A stretch of DNA of 64,000 nucleotides from Planctomycetota bacterium (GTDB lineage: Bacteria > Planctomycetota > B15-G4 > JADJEK01), in contig JBGAIQ010000009.1 in the NCBI GenBank assembly GCA_044225365.1, positions 64,001 to 128,000 of the forward strand, written 5' to 3'. Below the pieces are notes generated by a model. The model did not search any database and was not told the DNA's origin. It saw only the letters and a list, made by a program, of their open reading frames with translations. Each line of letters begins with the position of its first letter. The first letter of the stretch is position 1. Below are positions 40,501 to 51,294 of this stretch, one piece after another. Made by a program: the position numbers and the translations under genes.

Positions 40501-41124
40501 GAGCGAGTAGAGGTCGGTCGCCTTGCCGATCGGCCCGCTCGCGATCTGCTCGGGCGACGAATACGCGGCGCTGCCGACGAACGTGCCGGGCAGCGAGATC
40601 TCCGTCCCCGGCTCCACGAGCCGCGAGAGTCCGAGATCGACGATGTGGAGATGGTCCTCGGCGTCGAGGAACAGGTTCCCGGGTTTGATGTCCCGGTGCA
40701 GGATGTCGTGCTCGTGGAGCGCCGCGAGCGCCGCGACGCCCTGTCGATAGACGTGGAACGCTCGGCTCTCGCTCATCCTCCCGTCGTCGTCGAGGACCTT
40801 CGAGAGCGTGCGCCCTCGCAGATACTCCATGACGATGAAGTGGAGCGTCTCGCCGCCCACCTTCTCGCTGCCGACGTCGTAGGTCGCGACCACGTTCTCG
40901 TGCTTGATCGCGAGGCCGACCCCGGCTTCGCGTTTGAATCGCCGGAGGATGTCCTCGTCGGCCGCGAGGTGCGGATGCAGGATCTTGAGCGCGACCTCGA
41001 CGCCCACGCGCAGACCCTTCTTCGCCTTCACCACCTCGGCGAGGAAGACCGTTCCCATGCCGCCCGCGCCAAGGCGCTTGACGACGCGGTAGTTCTTGAT
41101 GGTCTTGCCCTCGAGATCGTTCAC
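37558..41124 (-). CDS. Ser/Thr kinase + AAA/STAND ATPase + TPR protein
   Basis: LGAGGMG, HRDIKPGN, DLG, Walker A GETGIGKS, EEIQWAD, GNP motif and TPR-like C-terminus. Confidence 0.9.
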   Translation of the reverse strand: MNDLEGKTIKNYRVVKRLGAGGMGTVFLAEVVKAKKGLRVGVEVALKILHPHLAADEDILRRFKREAGVGLAIKHENVVATYDVGSEKVGGETLHFIVMEYLRGRTLSKVLDDDGRMSESRAFHVYRQGVAALAALHEHDILHRDIKPGNLFLDAEDHLHIVDLGLSRLVEPGTEISLPGTFVGSAAYSSPEQIASGPIGKATDLYSLGVTAYECLTGFNPFHGPDLPSTMANQTRLVPRPVSAFAPDVSYFFERVVAQALEKDPARRLQPASRLLRILEEREESDWWKAYVEGEAMEAHLSRSRRRLRVRRATRVYGRDAARGALVDALRTAAVARSGRVVVVTGETGIGKSRLIDSALESEEIEPLGAQVLVSRFLDQAAATPYYALNEALLMALGVDAVPRADRTRVLAEKLRENLPERRVFADAFASLVLGEGGAGVASGGTNAPGASALAGSSAAKQLPPEAVPALYAEVLRTLSVRSPIFLVIEEIQWADRGSLRALLALASTLAVFPIAIVLTARESALAETMPGEPPSAPFFKKLFELKEALHVTLERLDDTAVRSVLRDVGVPPALLKSLGKRLHEASEGNPGFLFALIDDLERRGKLRSIKPAELKRLPLPKSVLDLLARRLEDIDAEAKRFLEFASVFGARFKPEPVIEGLGLDLLKASEVLSRLTQRYHLVRSFDDAYRFDHHLLRERVYLGIDPALRREYHLTVAQIHARSSTDPHAATRANYEAGIHFSFAEAHSRAARYLIGAVDFCEDRNLHERAQRLADKALDHLSQVSDDDATIVASDRVALFLGAASVYGHLGQRARQGELLRSAARVALTANDDRRIAQVEVELAAYDSSTGRVFAALQHCERSREAARRAGDLALEARSLRVEAAVLETLGQTDYDDELKRADELAAAAGDELGRAYGFLIFGQLYLATDRLELALETQKQALALFERLEDQRGRGRAFFQLARTYRELGDLERAEKSADAALTIAEANSDQALKARALYVSGELAMRARRHAEARARLERALDLFKMTSDAPFEVYTHVALALLFIANQNPERDPAVAATYAASGVAIAQKYELARQEAYAYAALAVAYLAQGKSKFALAVSKKGMKFLETHQAARKRQAELSFIHYRCLKAIDREDEAREFLVRARDLVLERSTGIEDAQRREAFLTSDLFNAAVVREADRVLRS

Positions 41125-41236
41125 GCACGTACTTTCGTTGTCAGGATCGAAGCTGGCGATTATAGTCCGTGGCAGCGTAGGGCAAGCGTAAGCGATTGCG
41201 AGCGCGCTTTTAACGCACAGCAAACGGCAAAACCCA

Positions 41237-42664
41237 GTGATCCGCTTCTACAACACACTTTCGCGTCAGATCGAGGAGTTCGTCCCGCAGGAGAAGGGCA
41301 AGGTCCGCATGTACAACTGCGGCCCGACCGTCTACTCCAACCCCCACATCGGGAACTACCGCGCCTATGCGTTCTGCGATCTCCTGCGCCGCGTGCTCGA
41401 GATGGCGGGTTACTCCGTCACCCAGATCATGAACATCACGGACGTCGGGCACCTGCGCGACGAGCGCAACGACGCCGGCGACGACCGGATGGAAGCGGCC
41501 GCGCGCGCGGAGCGGGTCGATCCGCAAACGATCGCGAAGCGCTACACCGATGAGTTCTTCGCCGGTCTCGAACTGCTCGGCATTCGCCGAGCGCACGAGC
41601 ATCCGCGCGCTTCCGACAACGTGAAGCAGATGATCGAGATCATCGAATCGTTGATCGCGAAGGGCTTCGCCTACGTCGTCGATCACGAGGTCTACTTCGA
41701 CGTGCCGAAGTTCCACGGCTACGGCAAGCTCTCCGGCAACGTCGGCGAAGAGGTCGAAGCCGGCGCTGGCGAGCGCGTCGCCGCCTCGGTCCTCGCGAAG
41801 AAACACGACAAGCGCGACTTCGCGCTGTGGAAGCACGATCCCGCGCATCTCCAGCAATGGGATTCACCGTGGGGCCGCGGATTCCCGGGCTGGCACATCG
41901 AATGCTCGGCGATGGCGCGCCGCTATCTCGGCGACACGCTCGACATCCACACCGGCGGCATCGACAACATGTTCCCGCACCACGAGTGCGAGATCGCGCA
42001 GAGCGAGGCATTCACGGGCAAGCCGTTCGTGCGCTACTGGCTCCACGCGGCGCACCTCGTGCTCGAAGGCGAGAAGATGTCGAAGTCGCTCGGCAACGTC
42101 CTGTTGCCGAGCGACCTCGTGAAGGACGGCGTGCCGGCGCGCGCGATCCGGTTCTACTTGCAGTCGGTGCACTACCGGCAGCCGATGAACTTCACGCGCG
42201 AAGAGTTGAAAGCGAAGTCCGCCGCGCTCGAGCGACTCCTCAACTTCTACGACGACATGCGGCATCGCGAGAAGAGCGGGAGCGACGCGCCGGTCACGGA
42301 TTCGTTCCGCGCGCTCGTCGACACGGCCGCCGCACGCTTCCGCGATTGCCTCTACGACGACCTCAATTCGTCCGGCGCGCTCGGTGCGATCTTCGAGATG
42401 ATGAACGCCGTGAACGCGGCGTCGCCCGGAAAGGTCGGCGCCGCCCTCGTCACGAAGTTCCTGCGCGAGGCCGACTCGATCCTCGGCGTGCTGCCAATGG
42501 ACACGCTCGATCTCGAATCGGAGATCGAAGCGAAGATCGCGCAGCGCGAAGCGGCGCGGAAGGCTCGCGATTTCAAGCTCTCCGACTCGATCCGCGACGA
42601 ACTGCTCGCGCGCGGCATCACGCTGCTCGACACACCGCAAGGCGTGCGTTGGCGCAAATCTTGA
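41237..42664 (+). CDS. cysS: Cysteine--tRNA ligase
   Basis: [19 protein letters not shown] and KMSKS. Confidence 0.98.
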   Translation: MIRFYNTLSRQIEEFVPQEKGKVRMYNCGPTVYSNPHIGNYRAYAFCDLLRRVLEMAGYSVTQIMNITDVGHLRDERNDAGDDRMEAAARAERVDPQTIAKRYTDEFFAGLELLGIRRAHEHPRASDNVKQMIEIIESLIAKGFAYVVDHEVYFDVPKFHGYGKLSGNVGEEVEAGAGERVAASVLAKKHDKRDFALWKHDPAHLQQWDSPWGRGFPGWHIECSAMARRYLGDTLDIHTGGIDNMFPHHECEIAQSEAFTGKPFVRYWLHAAHLVLEGEKMSKSLGNVLLPSDLVKDGVPARAIRFYLQSVHYRQPMNFTREELKAKSAALERLLNFYDDMRHREKSGSDAPVTDSFRALVDTAAARFRDCLYDDLNSSGALGAIFEMMNAVNAASPGKVGAALVTKFLREADSILGVLPMDTLDLESEIEAKIAQREAARKARDFKLSDSIRDELLARGITLLDTPQGVRWRKS

Positions 42665-42676
42665 GCGTCGTGCGCC

Positions 42677-43468
42677 TCACGGCGCGCGGCGTCTCAGCTC
42701 CGACTCGAACGCGGCGCGGTGACTTCGACTGAGCGTCACCTGTTCGCCCGATGAGAGTTCGATGCGAGCATCGCCCGCCGGCATCTTGGTGATCGTGACC
42801 ACCGCGCCAACGCGGACGAGCGCCGAACGGTGCACGCGGACGAATCCAGAGGCGGCGAGCTCGCGTTCGGCTTGCGCGAGCGTCCGTCGCTCGAGGAGCG
42901 CTTCTCCCTTGCGATGCACCATCACGTAGTTCGAACGAGCCTCGATCCACTCGATCTCTTCGAGCGGGACGAGCACGATTCGACCGCGTTGCCGCACGAT
43001 GAAGTTCGTTCGCCTGCGCGTCGCGGTCGCGTCGACGAGACGCTTCAGGTCCTGCTCGCGCGAGTGCGCTTCGTCACCGCCATCGCCGAACGCCGGTAGG
43101 GCACGCTTTGCGCGATCGAGCGCTCGCAGGAGTCGCTCACGATCGAACGGCTTCAGCAGGTAATCGAGCGCGTGGACGTCGAACGCCTTGAGCGCGTACC
43201 GATCGTACGCCGTCACGAAGATCACGACAGGAGGAGTGCCCTCGATTCGCGACAGCACCTCGAATCCATCGATTCCGGGCATCTGGACGTCCAGCAGTAC
43301 CAGGTCCGGTCGTCTTTCCTCGATCCACTCCAGTGCCTCGATCCCGTCCTTTGCCTCCCCCACGAGCTCGAATTCGGGCAGCGTCGCCAGGTCGTCGACG
43401 AGTCCGCGGCGTGCGATCGGCTCGTCCTCCGCGATGAGCACGGTGATGCGACGCCGCGCCGTCGTCAT
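42677..43468 (-). CDS. LytTR-family response regulator
   Basis: Receiver domain (EDE, LDVQMP, TAYD, DYLLKPF) plus LytTR domain (FVRVHRS). Confidence 0.93.
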   Translation of the reverse strand: MTTARRRITVLIAEDEPIARRGLVDDLATLPEFELVGEAKDGIEALEWIEERRPDLVLLDVQMPGIDGFEVLSRIEGTPPVVIFVTAYDRYALKAFDVHALDYLLKPFDRERLLRALDRAKRALPAFGDGGDEAHSREQDLKRLVDATATRRRTNFIVRQRGRIVLVPLEEIEWIEARSNYVMVHRKGEALLERRTLAQAERELAASGFVRVHRSALVRVGAVVTITKMPAGDARIELSSGEQVTLSRSHRAAFESELRRRAP

Positions 43469-44607
43469 TCGCTCGTGCCTTCTTCGATTTGGGCGAATGG
43501 GATCTTGAGGCGCACGCTCGCGCCGCCCCCCTGCCGACGCTCGAGCGTCAATTCCCCGGCTGTGCCATAGAGCGCGTCGATCCGCCGCCGCGTATTGCCG
43601 ATTCCGATGCCTTCGACGAGATCGGCCGCCGCGGGCGGATCCTCGCCGTCGTCGTCCACGCCGAGAGTCAACCGATCGCCGTCGCGGCGCGCCCGTATCT
43701 CGATCCGCCGAGTTCCAGGACAGCGCTCGATGCCGTGGCGGATCGCGTTCTCGACGAGCGGGAGCAACGCCTGACTCGGAACGCGTGCGCCTCGCACGCC
43801 GGCCTCGATGTCGACGTCGATCACGATGCGATCGCCGAACCGGATCTTCTGGATCTCGAGGTAGGGATCGAGGCGCGCCACTTCGTGCTCGAGCGCGACC
43901 TCCTGCGTGTCTCGTTCGTCGAGATGCGATCGCAGGAGGTCGCCGAGGAGCGTCGTCATCCTCGTCGCGGACGTGGGATCGGTTCGCGCCGCGATGCCGA
44001 CGGCATGCAATGTGTTGAACAGGAAGTGCGGTTCGAGCTGGCTCTTCAGCGCGGAGAGGCGGGCCGCGATCAGGTCGGTTCGCATGCGCTCGGCGAGCAC
44101 GGCTTCGCGACGCTCCCTCCGCCGATGCGCAGCGAGCAAGGCGACGCCGACGATGGCGAGGGCATGCAGGCTCGTGAACGGGATCGATCGCCCGAGGTGA
44201 TCGAGCGCCCCTTCGACGAGCGGCGTCTCGTCGAGGCGTTGCGGCGCGACGAAGCCGTACGCGATGAGCGTCCGCTGCACCCCGAACGAAGCGAGCGTGA
44301 AGAGCGTCGCGACCGCGCCGACGAGGAGCGCGACGAGCACGCTCCTCATGGGTTCCGTGACCCGCAGGACGCGCGCGGAGACGTGGAACACGAACGGCGT
44401 CAGCGGCGCGAAGGGCAACCATTGCGTCGCCGTCGAGGTGGCGATCCCGGGCCAGATCGGTGCGTCGGGGGTCCAGAACGCATGCTCGTGGAGGAAGAGC
44501 AGGGAACCGAATGCGCAGAAGAACGCGAACGAGCCGATCCACATGCTCAGCCTCCGCCACGAAGCCGGATCCTCGGCAGCGGGTTCACCCGGCTCGATCT
44601 CACTCAC
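43465..44607 (-). CDS. LytS/YehU-type sensor histidine kinase (start approximate)
   Basis: TM region, LKSQLEPHFLFNTL, LVENAIRHG and GIGIGN. Confidence 0.9.
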   Translation of the reverse strand: MSEIEPGEPAAEDPASWRRLSMWIGSFAFFCAFGSLLFLHEHAFWTPDAPIWPGIATSTATQWLPFAPLTPFVFHVSARVLRVTEPMRSVLVALLVGAVATLFTLASFGVQRTLIAYGFVAPQRLDETPLVEGALDHLGRSIPFTSLHALAIVGVALLAAHRRRERREAVLAERMRTDLIAARLSALKSQLEPHFLFNTLHAVGIAARTDPTSATRMTTLLGDLLRSHLDERDTQEVALEHEVARLDPYLEIQKIRFGDRIVIDVDIEAGVRGARVPSQALLPLVENAIRHGIERCPGTRRIEIRARRDGDRLTLGVDDDGEDPPAAADLVEGIGIGNTRRRIDALYGTAGELTLERRQGGGASVRLKIPFAQIEEGTSE

Positions 44608-44669
44608 AAGACGCACTCGGCTCGACAATCGACCCCTCACGACTCCTGTGTTCGCATTCGATCCGGCGA

Positions 44670-45863
44670 TCAGCGCGCGCCCGTCGGACCCGATTTCGAA
44701 GCGCTCCGCACCGAGTTCGCCGGCGACTCCGAGCCCGACGCCGGCGGCCAAGGATACTCCATCCCGCGGGCGGTCCTCTCGGCGACGTCCTTTCCGAGAT
44801 CGCGCTCGACGAGATGGAGCGCCGCGTCGATCCCTGCGGAAACGCCCGCCGCGGTCACCACCTTGCCATGGTCGACGTAGCGAACGCCCCTCACCACGTC
44901 CACCTTCGGGAAGTCGCGGGCGAGTCCGCCAAGAGCCGAGTGATGCGTCGTCGCCGACTTGCCGTCGAGCAGGCCGGTCTTCGCGAGCACGAAGGCGCCG
45001 GTGCACACGGAGAGGATCTGCGTCGAGGGCGTCGCGGCGGCCGCGAACCACTTCATGAAAGCCGTGTCTTCGAGGAGTCGTGGCGTATCGCCACCCGGCA
45101 CGACGATCACGTCGGGAACGGGGCAGTTCTCGATCGTGTACGTCGGGACGATCGTCGCGTCGATTCCGTTTGGATGCACGGGAGTCGACGTCGAAGCCAC
45201 GTAGAAGACCTGGTAGCACGGACCCTCGATGCGCCGGATCGCCGCTCCGAAGACTTCGGACGGACCCGCGAAGTCGAGCATCTCGACGCCCTCGTGGATC
45301 ACGATCGCCACCTTCGACGCATGACTCACGATCGAATCCATGGCGCGCTCGAAGCGCGGGTCGGCGCGCAGCTTCTTCAGGTCGGGATCATGACGGATGA
45401 GTCCCTCATTGCCGAGGCCCGCTGCGATCGCGCGCGAGAGACTCTCGAACGCGACGTCCGATCGATCGAGCATCGCCTGCGCGCAGGCGATGTCGTACAG
45501 ACTGAGGACGTGGACTTCGTGTTGCGATGGAGTCGCCGCATTCTCGGTGAGTTTCGCCGCGCGTTCGTGCGCGGGGAGCGCGTCGGTGAACCGCCCGAGT
45601 GAATGCAATGCGAACCCCAGGCGATGCCAGGCGACGGCATCGTCGTCGTGCGACGCGACGAGTCGCTGATAGGCCTCGGCAGCGGCCACCCAGTCGCCGG
45701 CATCGAAGGCCTGCGACGCTCGTTGCGCGAGATTCTCGTCCGCGGGTTTCGCCGCCTCACCGACGCCCGTCGGCGCGCTCCCTTGCGCATGGGCAGTACC
45801 GACGGCAAGCATGAGAATCGCGGGAATCAGCGCAAATCGGGTCCGTTCGAAATCCATGACCAT
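44670..45863 (-). CDS. Secreted TPR + DJ-1/PfpI family protein
   Basis: Signal peptide, TPRs, LDFAGPSEVF, SVCTGA, ATTHH and TAAGVSAGID. Confidence 0.88.
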   Translation of the reverse strand: MVMDFERTRFALIPAILMLAVGTAHAQGSAPTGVGEAAKPADENLAQRASQAFDAGDWVAAAEAYQRLVASHDDDAVAWHRLGFALHSLGRFTDALPAHERAAKLTENAATPSQHEVHVLSLYDIACAQAMLDRSDVAFESLSRAIAAGLGNEGLIRHDPDLKKLRADPRFERAMDSIVSHASKVAIVIHEGVEMLDFAGPSEVFGAAIRRIEGPCYQVFYVASTSTPVHPNGIDATIVPTYTIENCPVPDVIVVPGGDTPRLLEDTAFMKWFAAAATPSTQILSVCTGAFVLAKTGLLDGKSATTHHSALGGLARDFPKVDVVRGVRYVDHGKVVTAAGVSAGIDAALHLVERDLGKDVAERTARGMEYPWPPASGSESPANSVRSASKSGPTGAR

Positions 45864-46157
45864 CCTCTCGTATTCGAGCTCGCTTCGTCTTTGGGCGGCA
45901 GGGCGCGCTCGGCCAGCTCGATGACCGGCGCGCCTTGAATGGAACCGAGGCCAACGCCGGATGCGTCCCTGCTGGGACCAACCGTTCTCTCCTTGTCGCG
46001 AGGGACGGCCGACGGGTCGATCTCGGGCGATTTCTCCCAAGTGCGCAGAATTTGGCGGAGCGACGGCGCCCGACTCCACCGTTTTGCCCACTGCTCGCGC
46101 CGATTCGTGCGGCACCTCGTTCGCTCTTCGAGCGAGCGAGCTTTCCGGAGGTGTTCC

Positions 46158-46970
46158 ATGCGTGTGATCGACATCATGACGAAGAACTGCGTCACCATCG
46201 AGCCGATGGCGTCGCTGAAGCAGGCGATGGACGAGATGGAACGGCACGACGTGCGACATCTCGTCGTCGTCGACGCGGATGGACGGCTCGAGGGCATCGT
46301 CTCCGATCGCGATCTGCTCGCGGCGACGGGATGGGTCGATGATCCGACCGATTCCCGGCGTGTCATGGATGTGATGCATCGCGACGTGAAGACGACGAAT
46401 CGCCAGGCGGAGGTCGTCGCGATCGCGACCGAGATGATCGTCGATGCGATCGGCTGCTTCCCGGTCGTCGAGGACGACCACGTCGTCGGCATCGTCACGG
46501 AGACCGATCTCGTCGGGGCGTTCCTGAAAGCGCTGGAGCAGGGCATCCTCCCCCGCGACGCGGATCCGTTGATCGCGACGAAGATGACGCGCGATCCGCT
46601 CTGCATCTCACCCTCGGATACCTTGCTGGAAGCGCGACTCATCCTGCGAGCGCGCAAGATCCGCCATCTCCCAGTGATCGACGGGGATCGCGTGCTCGGC
46701 GTGCTGTCCGACCGCGATACGCGGCGCGTCGAAGGACGCCATCAACTTCGCGAGCCGGTGCTCGCGGAAGCGATCAAGCGTCACGTCGTCATCATCGCTC
46801 CCGATCAACGCCTCTCGACCGCCGCCGTGCTGATGTTGGATCGCAAGATCAGCTGCCTGCCCGTGGTCACGCCGGACACGAACAAGCTCGTCGGCATCCT
46901 GACCCTCGCCGATCTGCTCGACCATTGCGCCGCGACGCTCTGGCAACCGACGAGATTCGTGACGGCGTAA
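46158..46970 (+). CDS. CBS-domain protein (two CBS pairs)
   Basis: RHLVVV..GIVSDRD, GIVTETD, RHLPVI and ISCLPVV..GILT. GGAGG RBS. Confidence 0.9.
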   Translation: MRVIDIMTKNCVTIEPMASLKQAMDEMERHDVRHLVVVDADGRLEGIVSDRDLLAATGWVDDPTDSRRVMDVMHRDVKTTNRQAEVVAIATEMIVDAIGCFPVVEDDHVVGIVTETDLVGAFLKALEQGILPRDADPLIATKMTRDPLCISPSDTLLEARLILRARKIRHLPVIDGDRVLGVLSDRDTRRVEGRHQLREPVLAEAIKRHVVIIAPDQRLSTAAVLMLDRKISCLPVVTPDTNKLVGILTLADLLDHCAATLWQPTRFVTA

Positions 46971-47057
46971 ACGCGCGGCCGCGCACCCGGTTTTTTTGAA
47001 CGCAACGGCGGGCGTAGGGGCGCACGGATTGTGCGCGCGAGTCTCACCCCGCCGACC

Positions 47058-47426
47058 CTAGAACGGCCGGTGGCGCGATTCGACGGCGTAGAGCTTCGAG
47101 TAGGCCTCGAGGAGTTGCCGCGAGCGCTCGTACGATTCCGATTCGTCGGCGGCGTCCGCCTCGGGCTTCAGCTTCGCGTCGTTGCGGAAGATCTCGAGCA
47201 AGGCCTCGTAACGCTCATGAGCGGCGAGCATCGAGCTGATGTTCGTGGCCTGATCGTGGCGGGCGACGTCGTCGAGGACGTTGATCGCTTCCTCGGCGGC
47301 GATATCGAGCGCCTCTTCCAGGCGATTCCAGCGCTTGTGACCTTCGGTCTGCGTATCGATCCGCTTCCGAGTCTCCTCGACTCGCGCAGCCACTTCGGAA
47401 GCGATCGCCTTCGGGTCGAACATCAC
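47058..47426 (-). CDS. Hypothetical protein
   Basis: Overlaps the rbfA stop, helical composition, last gene of the operon. Confidence 0.65.
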   Translation of the reverse strand: MMFDPKAIASEVAARVEETRKRIDTQTEGHKRWNRLEEALDIAAEEAINVLDDVARHDQATNISSMLAAHERYEALLEIFRNDAKLKPEADAADESESYERSRQLLEAYSKLYAVESRHRPF

Positions 47427-47872
47427 TCGTCCTCGTCCGGCTCCGATTCGTGCGGGGCCGCTTTATCCTCGGTCGGCTCGGGCGTCGCCTCGGGAGCTTC
47501 GGACTCGGGCAACTCTCCGCGGGCGCGGCGCTCCGCGTCGAGGTCCTTCAGGAGGTGGTCGACGCGCATCGAGCCATCGATCGAATCGTCGTACTGGAAG
47601 ATCAGGTGCGGAACGGTGCGGGTGCGCAGGACCTTTCCGAGCGTGTGCTGGATGAACCCGCGGGCTTCGTCGAGAGCGTGCTTCGTCTTGCTCTTGTCGC
47701 CCTCGCTGCCGAGCACGGAGTAGAAGACCTCGCAGCGCGACAGATCGCGCGCGAGCTTCACGCGCGTGATCGTCGTGAACGCGATGCGCGGATCCTGCAA
47801 TTCGAAGAGCACGATCTGCGCGACGCGCTCGCGGATCCGCTCTGCCAGTTTCGAGTCAGCGTTCCAGCCCAC
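47423..47872 (-). CDS. rbfA: Ribosome-binding factor A
   Basis: DPRI, TITRVKLARDL and RTVPHLIFQYDDS, downstream of infB. Confidence 0.95.
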   Translation of the reverse strand: MGWNADSKLAERIRERVAQIVLFELQDPRIAFTTITRVKLARDLSRCEVFYSVLGSEGDKSKTKHALDEARGFIQHTLGKVLRTRTVPHLIFQYDDSIDGSMRVDHLLKDLDAERRARGELPESEAPEATPEPTEDKAAPHESEPDEDE

Positions 47873-47881
47873 GTCGCGCCT

Positions 47882-48172
47882 TCATTCGATCGATTGAATG
47901 TTCCAGTCGAGCAGCTCCGCCTCGGGATGTACCCGAAGCTGCTGCAGGATCGCGTCGAGTTCGCCGCGAACGTATCCGCTGTCGGAGCCGACCGCCGCGA
48001 ACCCCAGGACGATCGACTGCCAGAGATCCTGGTCGTCGACCTCCGCCACCGACACGTTGAAGCGCGCGCGGATGCGGTCCTTGATGCTCCGCAGCACCTT
48101 GCGCTTCTCCTTCAAGGAGTGCGAGGACCGCAGCCGCATTCTCACTTCGAGAACGGAGGCTTCGAGCGCCAC
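47882..48172 (-). CDS. DUF503 (YlxP-like) protein
   Basis: SLKEKR...RFNVSVAEVDDQDLWQ, in its usual position between infB and rbfA. Confidence 0.92.
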   Translation of the reverse strand: MALEASVLEVRMRLRSSHSLKEKRKVLRSIKDRIRARFNVSVAEVDDQDLWQSIVLGFAAVGSDSGYVRGELDAILQQLRVHPEAELLDWNIQSIE

Positions 48173-48184
48173 GAGTACCTTCGA

Positions 48185-51100
48185 TCAGCTCGCACCCGCC
48201 GAGAAGTCGAGCGTGCGCTTCTCTTCTGCGACCTCGAAGGCCTCGACGATGTCGCCGACCTTGATGTCGTCGTAGCCATCGACCTTGAGACCGCACTCGA
48301 GGCCTTCCTTGACCTCGCGCACGTCGTCCTTGAATCGCTTGAGCGAGGCGAGTTTGCCGGTGTGGACGATGCGACCATCGCGCGTGAGGCGAATCTTCGC
48401 GTTGCGCTTGACGATGCCGTCCTTGACGATACAGCCAGCGATCGTGCCGACCTTCGAGACCTTGAAGATCTCGCGGATCTCGACGTGACCGATGACCGCC
48501 TCCTTCTGGATCGGCGACAGCTTGCCTTCCATCGCGGCCTTCACGTCGTCCACCAGCTGGTAGATGATCTCGTAGGTCCGGATATCGACGCCGCGCTGAT
48601 CGGCGAGGGATCGCGCCTTGTCGTCGGCGACCACGTTGAAGCCGATGATCGTCGCTTCGGAAGCGATCGCGAGCAGCACGTCGTCCTCGGTGATGCCACC
48701 GAGCGCGTCGCGGATGATCTTGATCTTCACTTCCTTCTTCGACAGCGACTCGAGCTCCTTCTTCACGACTTCGAGCGAGCCCTTCACGTCGCAGCGGACG
48801 ATGAGGAGCACTTCCTCGGCCTTGCCGGCTTCGAGGTTCGCGAACAGGTTCTCGAGCGTGATGTTGTTGCGCGACGGACCCGTGACGCGGTCCTTGTTCT
48901 TCGAATGCAATCGCTCCTCGGCGACCTCGCGAGCCTGCTTCAAGCTCTCGAGAACGAAGAACGGCGCCGAAGCGTCCGGCGGGTCGTTGAGGCCGAGCAC
49001 GTTGACCGGAGTGGATGGCGCCGCTTCGGTGATGCTCGTGCCGTCGTCCGCGATGAGCTTTCGGATGCGACCGTAGCTCGTGCCCGAGAGCATCACGTCG
49101 CCGACGCGGAACGTGCCCTCCTGCACCAGCACCGTCGCGATCGCGCCGAGCTGATCGTCCTTGCGCGCCTCGATCACGGTGCCGCGCGCCTCGCGCGTCG
49201 GGTCGGCCTTGAGGTCCATGACCTCGGCCTGCAACGTGATCTTCTCGAGCAATTCGTCGATCCCGCGGCCGGTCGTCGCCGAGGTCTTCGCGACCTGGAC
49301 GTCGCCGCCCCATGCCTCGACGAGCACGCCCGCGGTGGCGAGTTGCTGCATGACACGGTCGGCGTTCGCTTCGCCGCGGTCGATCTTGTTGAGTGCCACC
49401 ACGATCGGGCACTTCGCGGCCTTCGCGTGCTGGATCGCCTCCTCGGTCTGCGGCATGACGCCGTCGTCGGCGGCGACGACGAGCACGACGATATCGGTCA
49501 CGTTCGCGCCGCGGGCGCGCATCTCCGTGAACGCCTTGTGACCCGGCGTGTCGAGGAGCGTGATCTTGTGGCCGGTCGGCGACGTCACGCTGTACGCGCG
49601 CATCGACTGCGTGATGCCGCCGGCCTCACCCGCTGCGACGTTCGAGTTGCGAATGCGGTCGAGCAGCGAGGTCTTGCCATGGTCGACGTGGCCGAGGAAC
49701 GCGACGACGGGCGGGCGCGGTTGCAGCCGACCGGTTTCCTCGCGGGCCGCGAGCTTCTTGTCCATCGCATCGACCTTGGCCATCAGCGTCTGTTCGAGGT
49801 TCTGCTTCGCGACGATGTTCACTTCGCGATTGCGAGCCGCCGCGACTTCGAGCACGGCCATTTCGTTCAACGCGCTGTTCACACCGGCTTCGTGACCGCC
49901 GCCGAGAAGGATGCGCAAGATCTCGGAAACCTTTGCGCCGAGCAACGACGAGAGATCGCGCACACTGATCGGAACCGCGACTTCGAGCGGACCGGTGGGG
50001 ACCGGCGGAGCCTGGGGCTTCTTCGCTTTGCGCGGACCGACGCGGCGCGGCGGTCGCCGCAGACTGTTCGCCGCCTGCCGCAGGCGGATGCTCTGCAGCA
50101 GCGGATCGTCCTCGTCGTCCGGATTCCATGCCGCGGAGTCGGAACGTCCGCGGATCCCGCGTTTCTTCGCGTTCTCCGCTTCGGTGATCGGATCGAGGAT
50201 CGGACCCCGTCCGGGACCGCGCGCCGCGGCAGCGCCCGCATCGGGGCTCGCGCCCGGCGCGTTCGTCGTCGTCGGACCCGGAGCGGTCCGCATCTGCCGC
50301 TGCCGCTCGAGTTCCTCGCGAGGCAGCTCGATACGACCGAGGATCTTCGCGCCACCCGCCGGGCGAGAAGGACGCTTGATCGGACTCTGCGGCGCCGCGC
50401 CCGTGGCGGCGGTGCCCGCTCCACCCTGCCCGCCCGGCGCGCCGTGCTGGCTGGAAGGATCGTTCGTGCGAGGCGGCGGCGGAGCCACCGGCCCACCGCG
50501 AACGGTGCGCCCGCCCGGGAGATTCGCGCCCGACATCGAACCGAGGGATCCGATCGGTCCGCGAGCTGCGATCGAAGGCCGCGCCGGCGGCGCGGAGTGA
50601 CTGGGAGACGGCGGCGCCGTCGAAGGCGATGGCGTACGCGGCGGCGCGGGCGGCACGGGCGCAGCGGGCGTCACCGCGGCCGCGGCCGGCCGCACGGGCT
50701 CGGATGGATGACTCTCCTTCGGCTTCGCCGCGGGCACGTGCGCGGGCGCTACCGCGGGCTTCTCCGCTTCGGGGGCCACGCTCGCGGGAGCCGCCGGCGG
50801 CTCGACGCGCGCGACCGGAGGGGCGGCGCTCTGGGGTGCGGGCGACGGAGGAGCCGTCGGAGCCGCAGCGACCGGTGCCACGGGCTCGGGGGCACTCACG
50901 CTCGAGCTCTCGCTCTCGCTCGAACCTTCGAAGCCACTCTCACCGGGCACGGACTCGTAGGAGTCGCCATCGCCCTCGGTCGCTTCGCCTTCGTTCTCGG
51001 AGGTGCGCACGCGCATGCGGCGCTTGCGCGGCTCCGCCTTCGCGGCGTCGGCAGGAGCGACTTCCACGGCCGCGACCGGCGGCGGCGTCGAATCGCCGTG

Positions 51101-51250
51101 TTCTTCGCGGTAGGCCGCCTTGAGCAGAGCGATCTCGCCGACCGTCAAGGTCGCCGAGTGATTGCGCGCCTTGAGGCCGAGCTCCTTCGCGAGAGCGAGC
51201 AGGAGCTTGCTCTCGGCGCCGATTTCCTTGGCCAATTCGTGAAGTCTCAT
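48185..51250 (-). CDS. infB: Translation initiation factor IF-2
   Basis: [30 protein letters not shown] and ECG. Confidence 0.98.
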   Translation of the reverse strand: MRLHELAKEIGAESKLLLALAKELGLKARNHSATLTVGEIALLKAAYREEHGDSTPPPVAAVEVAPADAAKAEPRKRRMRVRTSENEGEATEGDGDSYESVPGESGFEGSSESESSSVSAPEPVAPVAAAPTAPPSPAPQSAAPPVARVEPPAAPASVAPEAEKPAVAPAHVPAAKPKESHPSEPVRPAAAAVTPAAPVPPAPPRTPSPSTAPPSPSHSAPPARPSIAARGPIGSLGSMSGANLPGGRTVRGGPVAPPPPRTNDPSSQHGAPGGQGGAGTAATGAAPQSPIKRPSRPAGGAKILGRIELPREELERQRQMRTAPGPTTTNAPGASPDAGAAAARGPGRGPILDPITEAENAKKRGIRGRSDSAAWNPDDEDDPLLQSIRLRQAANSLRRPPRRVGPRKAKKPQAPPVPTGPLEVAVPISVRDLSSLLGAKVSEILRILLGGGHEAGVNSALNEMAVLEVAAARNREVNIVAKQNLEQTLMAKVDAMDKKLAAREETGRLQPRPPVVAFLGHVDHGKTSLLDRIRNSNVAAGEAGGITQSMRAYSVTSPTGHKITLLDTPGHKAFTEMRARGANVTDIVVLVVAADDGVMPQTEEAIQHAKAAKCPIVVALNKIDRGEANADRVMQQLATAGVLVEAWGGDVQVAKTSATTGRGIDELLEKITLQAEVMDLKADPTREARGTVIEARKDDQLGAIATVLVQEGTFRVGDVMLSGTSYGRIRKLIADDGTSITEAAPSTPVNVLGLNDPPDASAPFFVLESLKQAREVAEERLHSKNKDRVTGPSRNNITLENLFANLEAGKAEEVLLIVRCDVKGSLEVVKKELESLSKKEVKIKIIRDALGGITEDDVLLAIASEATIIGFNVVADDKARSLADQRGVDIRTYEIIYQLVDDVKAAMEGKLSPIQKEAVIGHVEIREIFKVSKVGTIAGCIVKDGIVKRNAKIRLTRDGRIVHTGKLASLKRFKDDVREVKEGLECGLKVDGYDDIKVGDIVEAFEVAEEKRTLDFSAGAS

Positions 51251-51294
51251 CGTGTGATCACCGCGTACGTCGCGACCTCGGAGGTCGGCGACGC

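Noticed and set aside
46971-47000. Intrinsic terminator after the CBS gene
   Set aside because: A T-run is present but the preceding stem is short and poorly placed.
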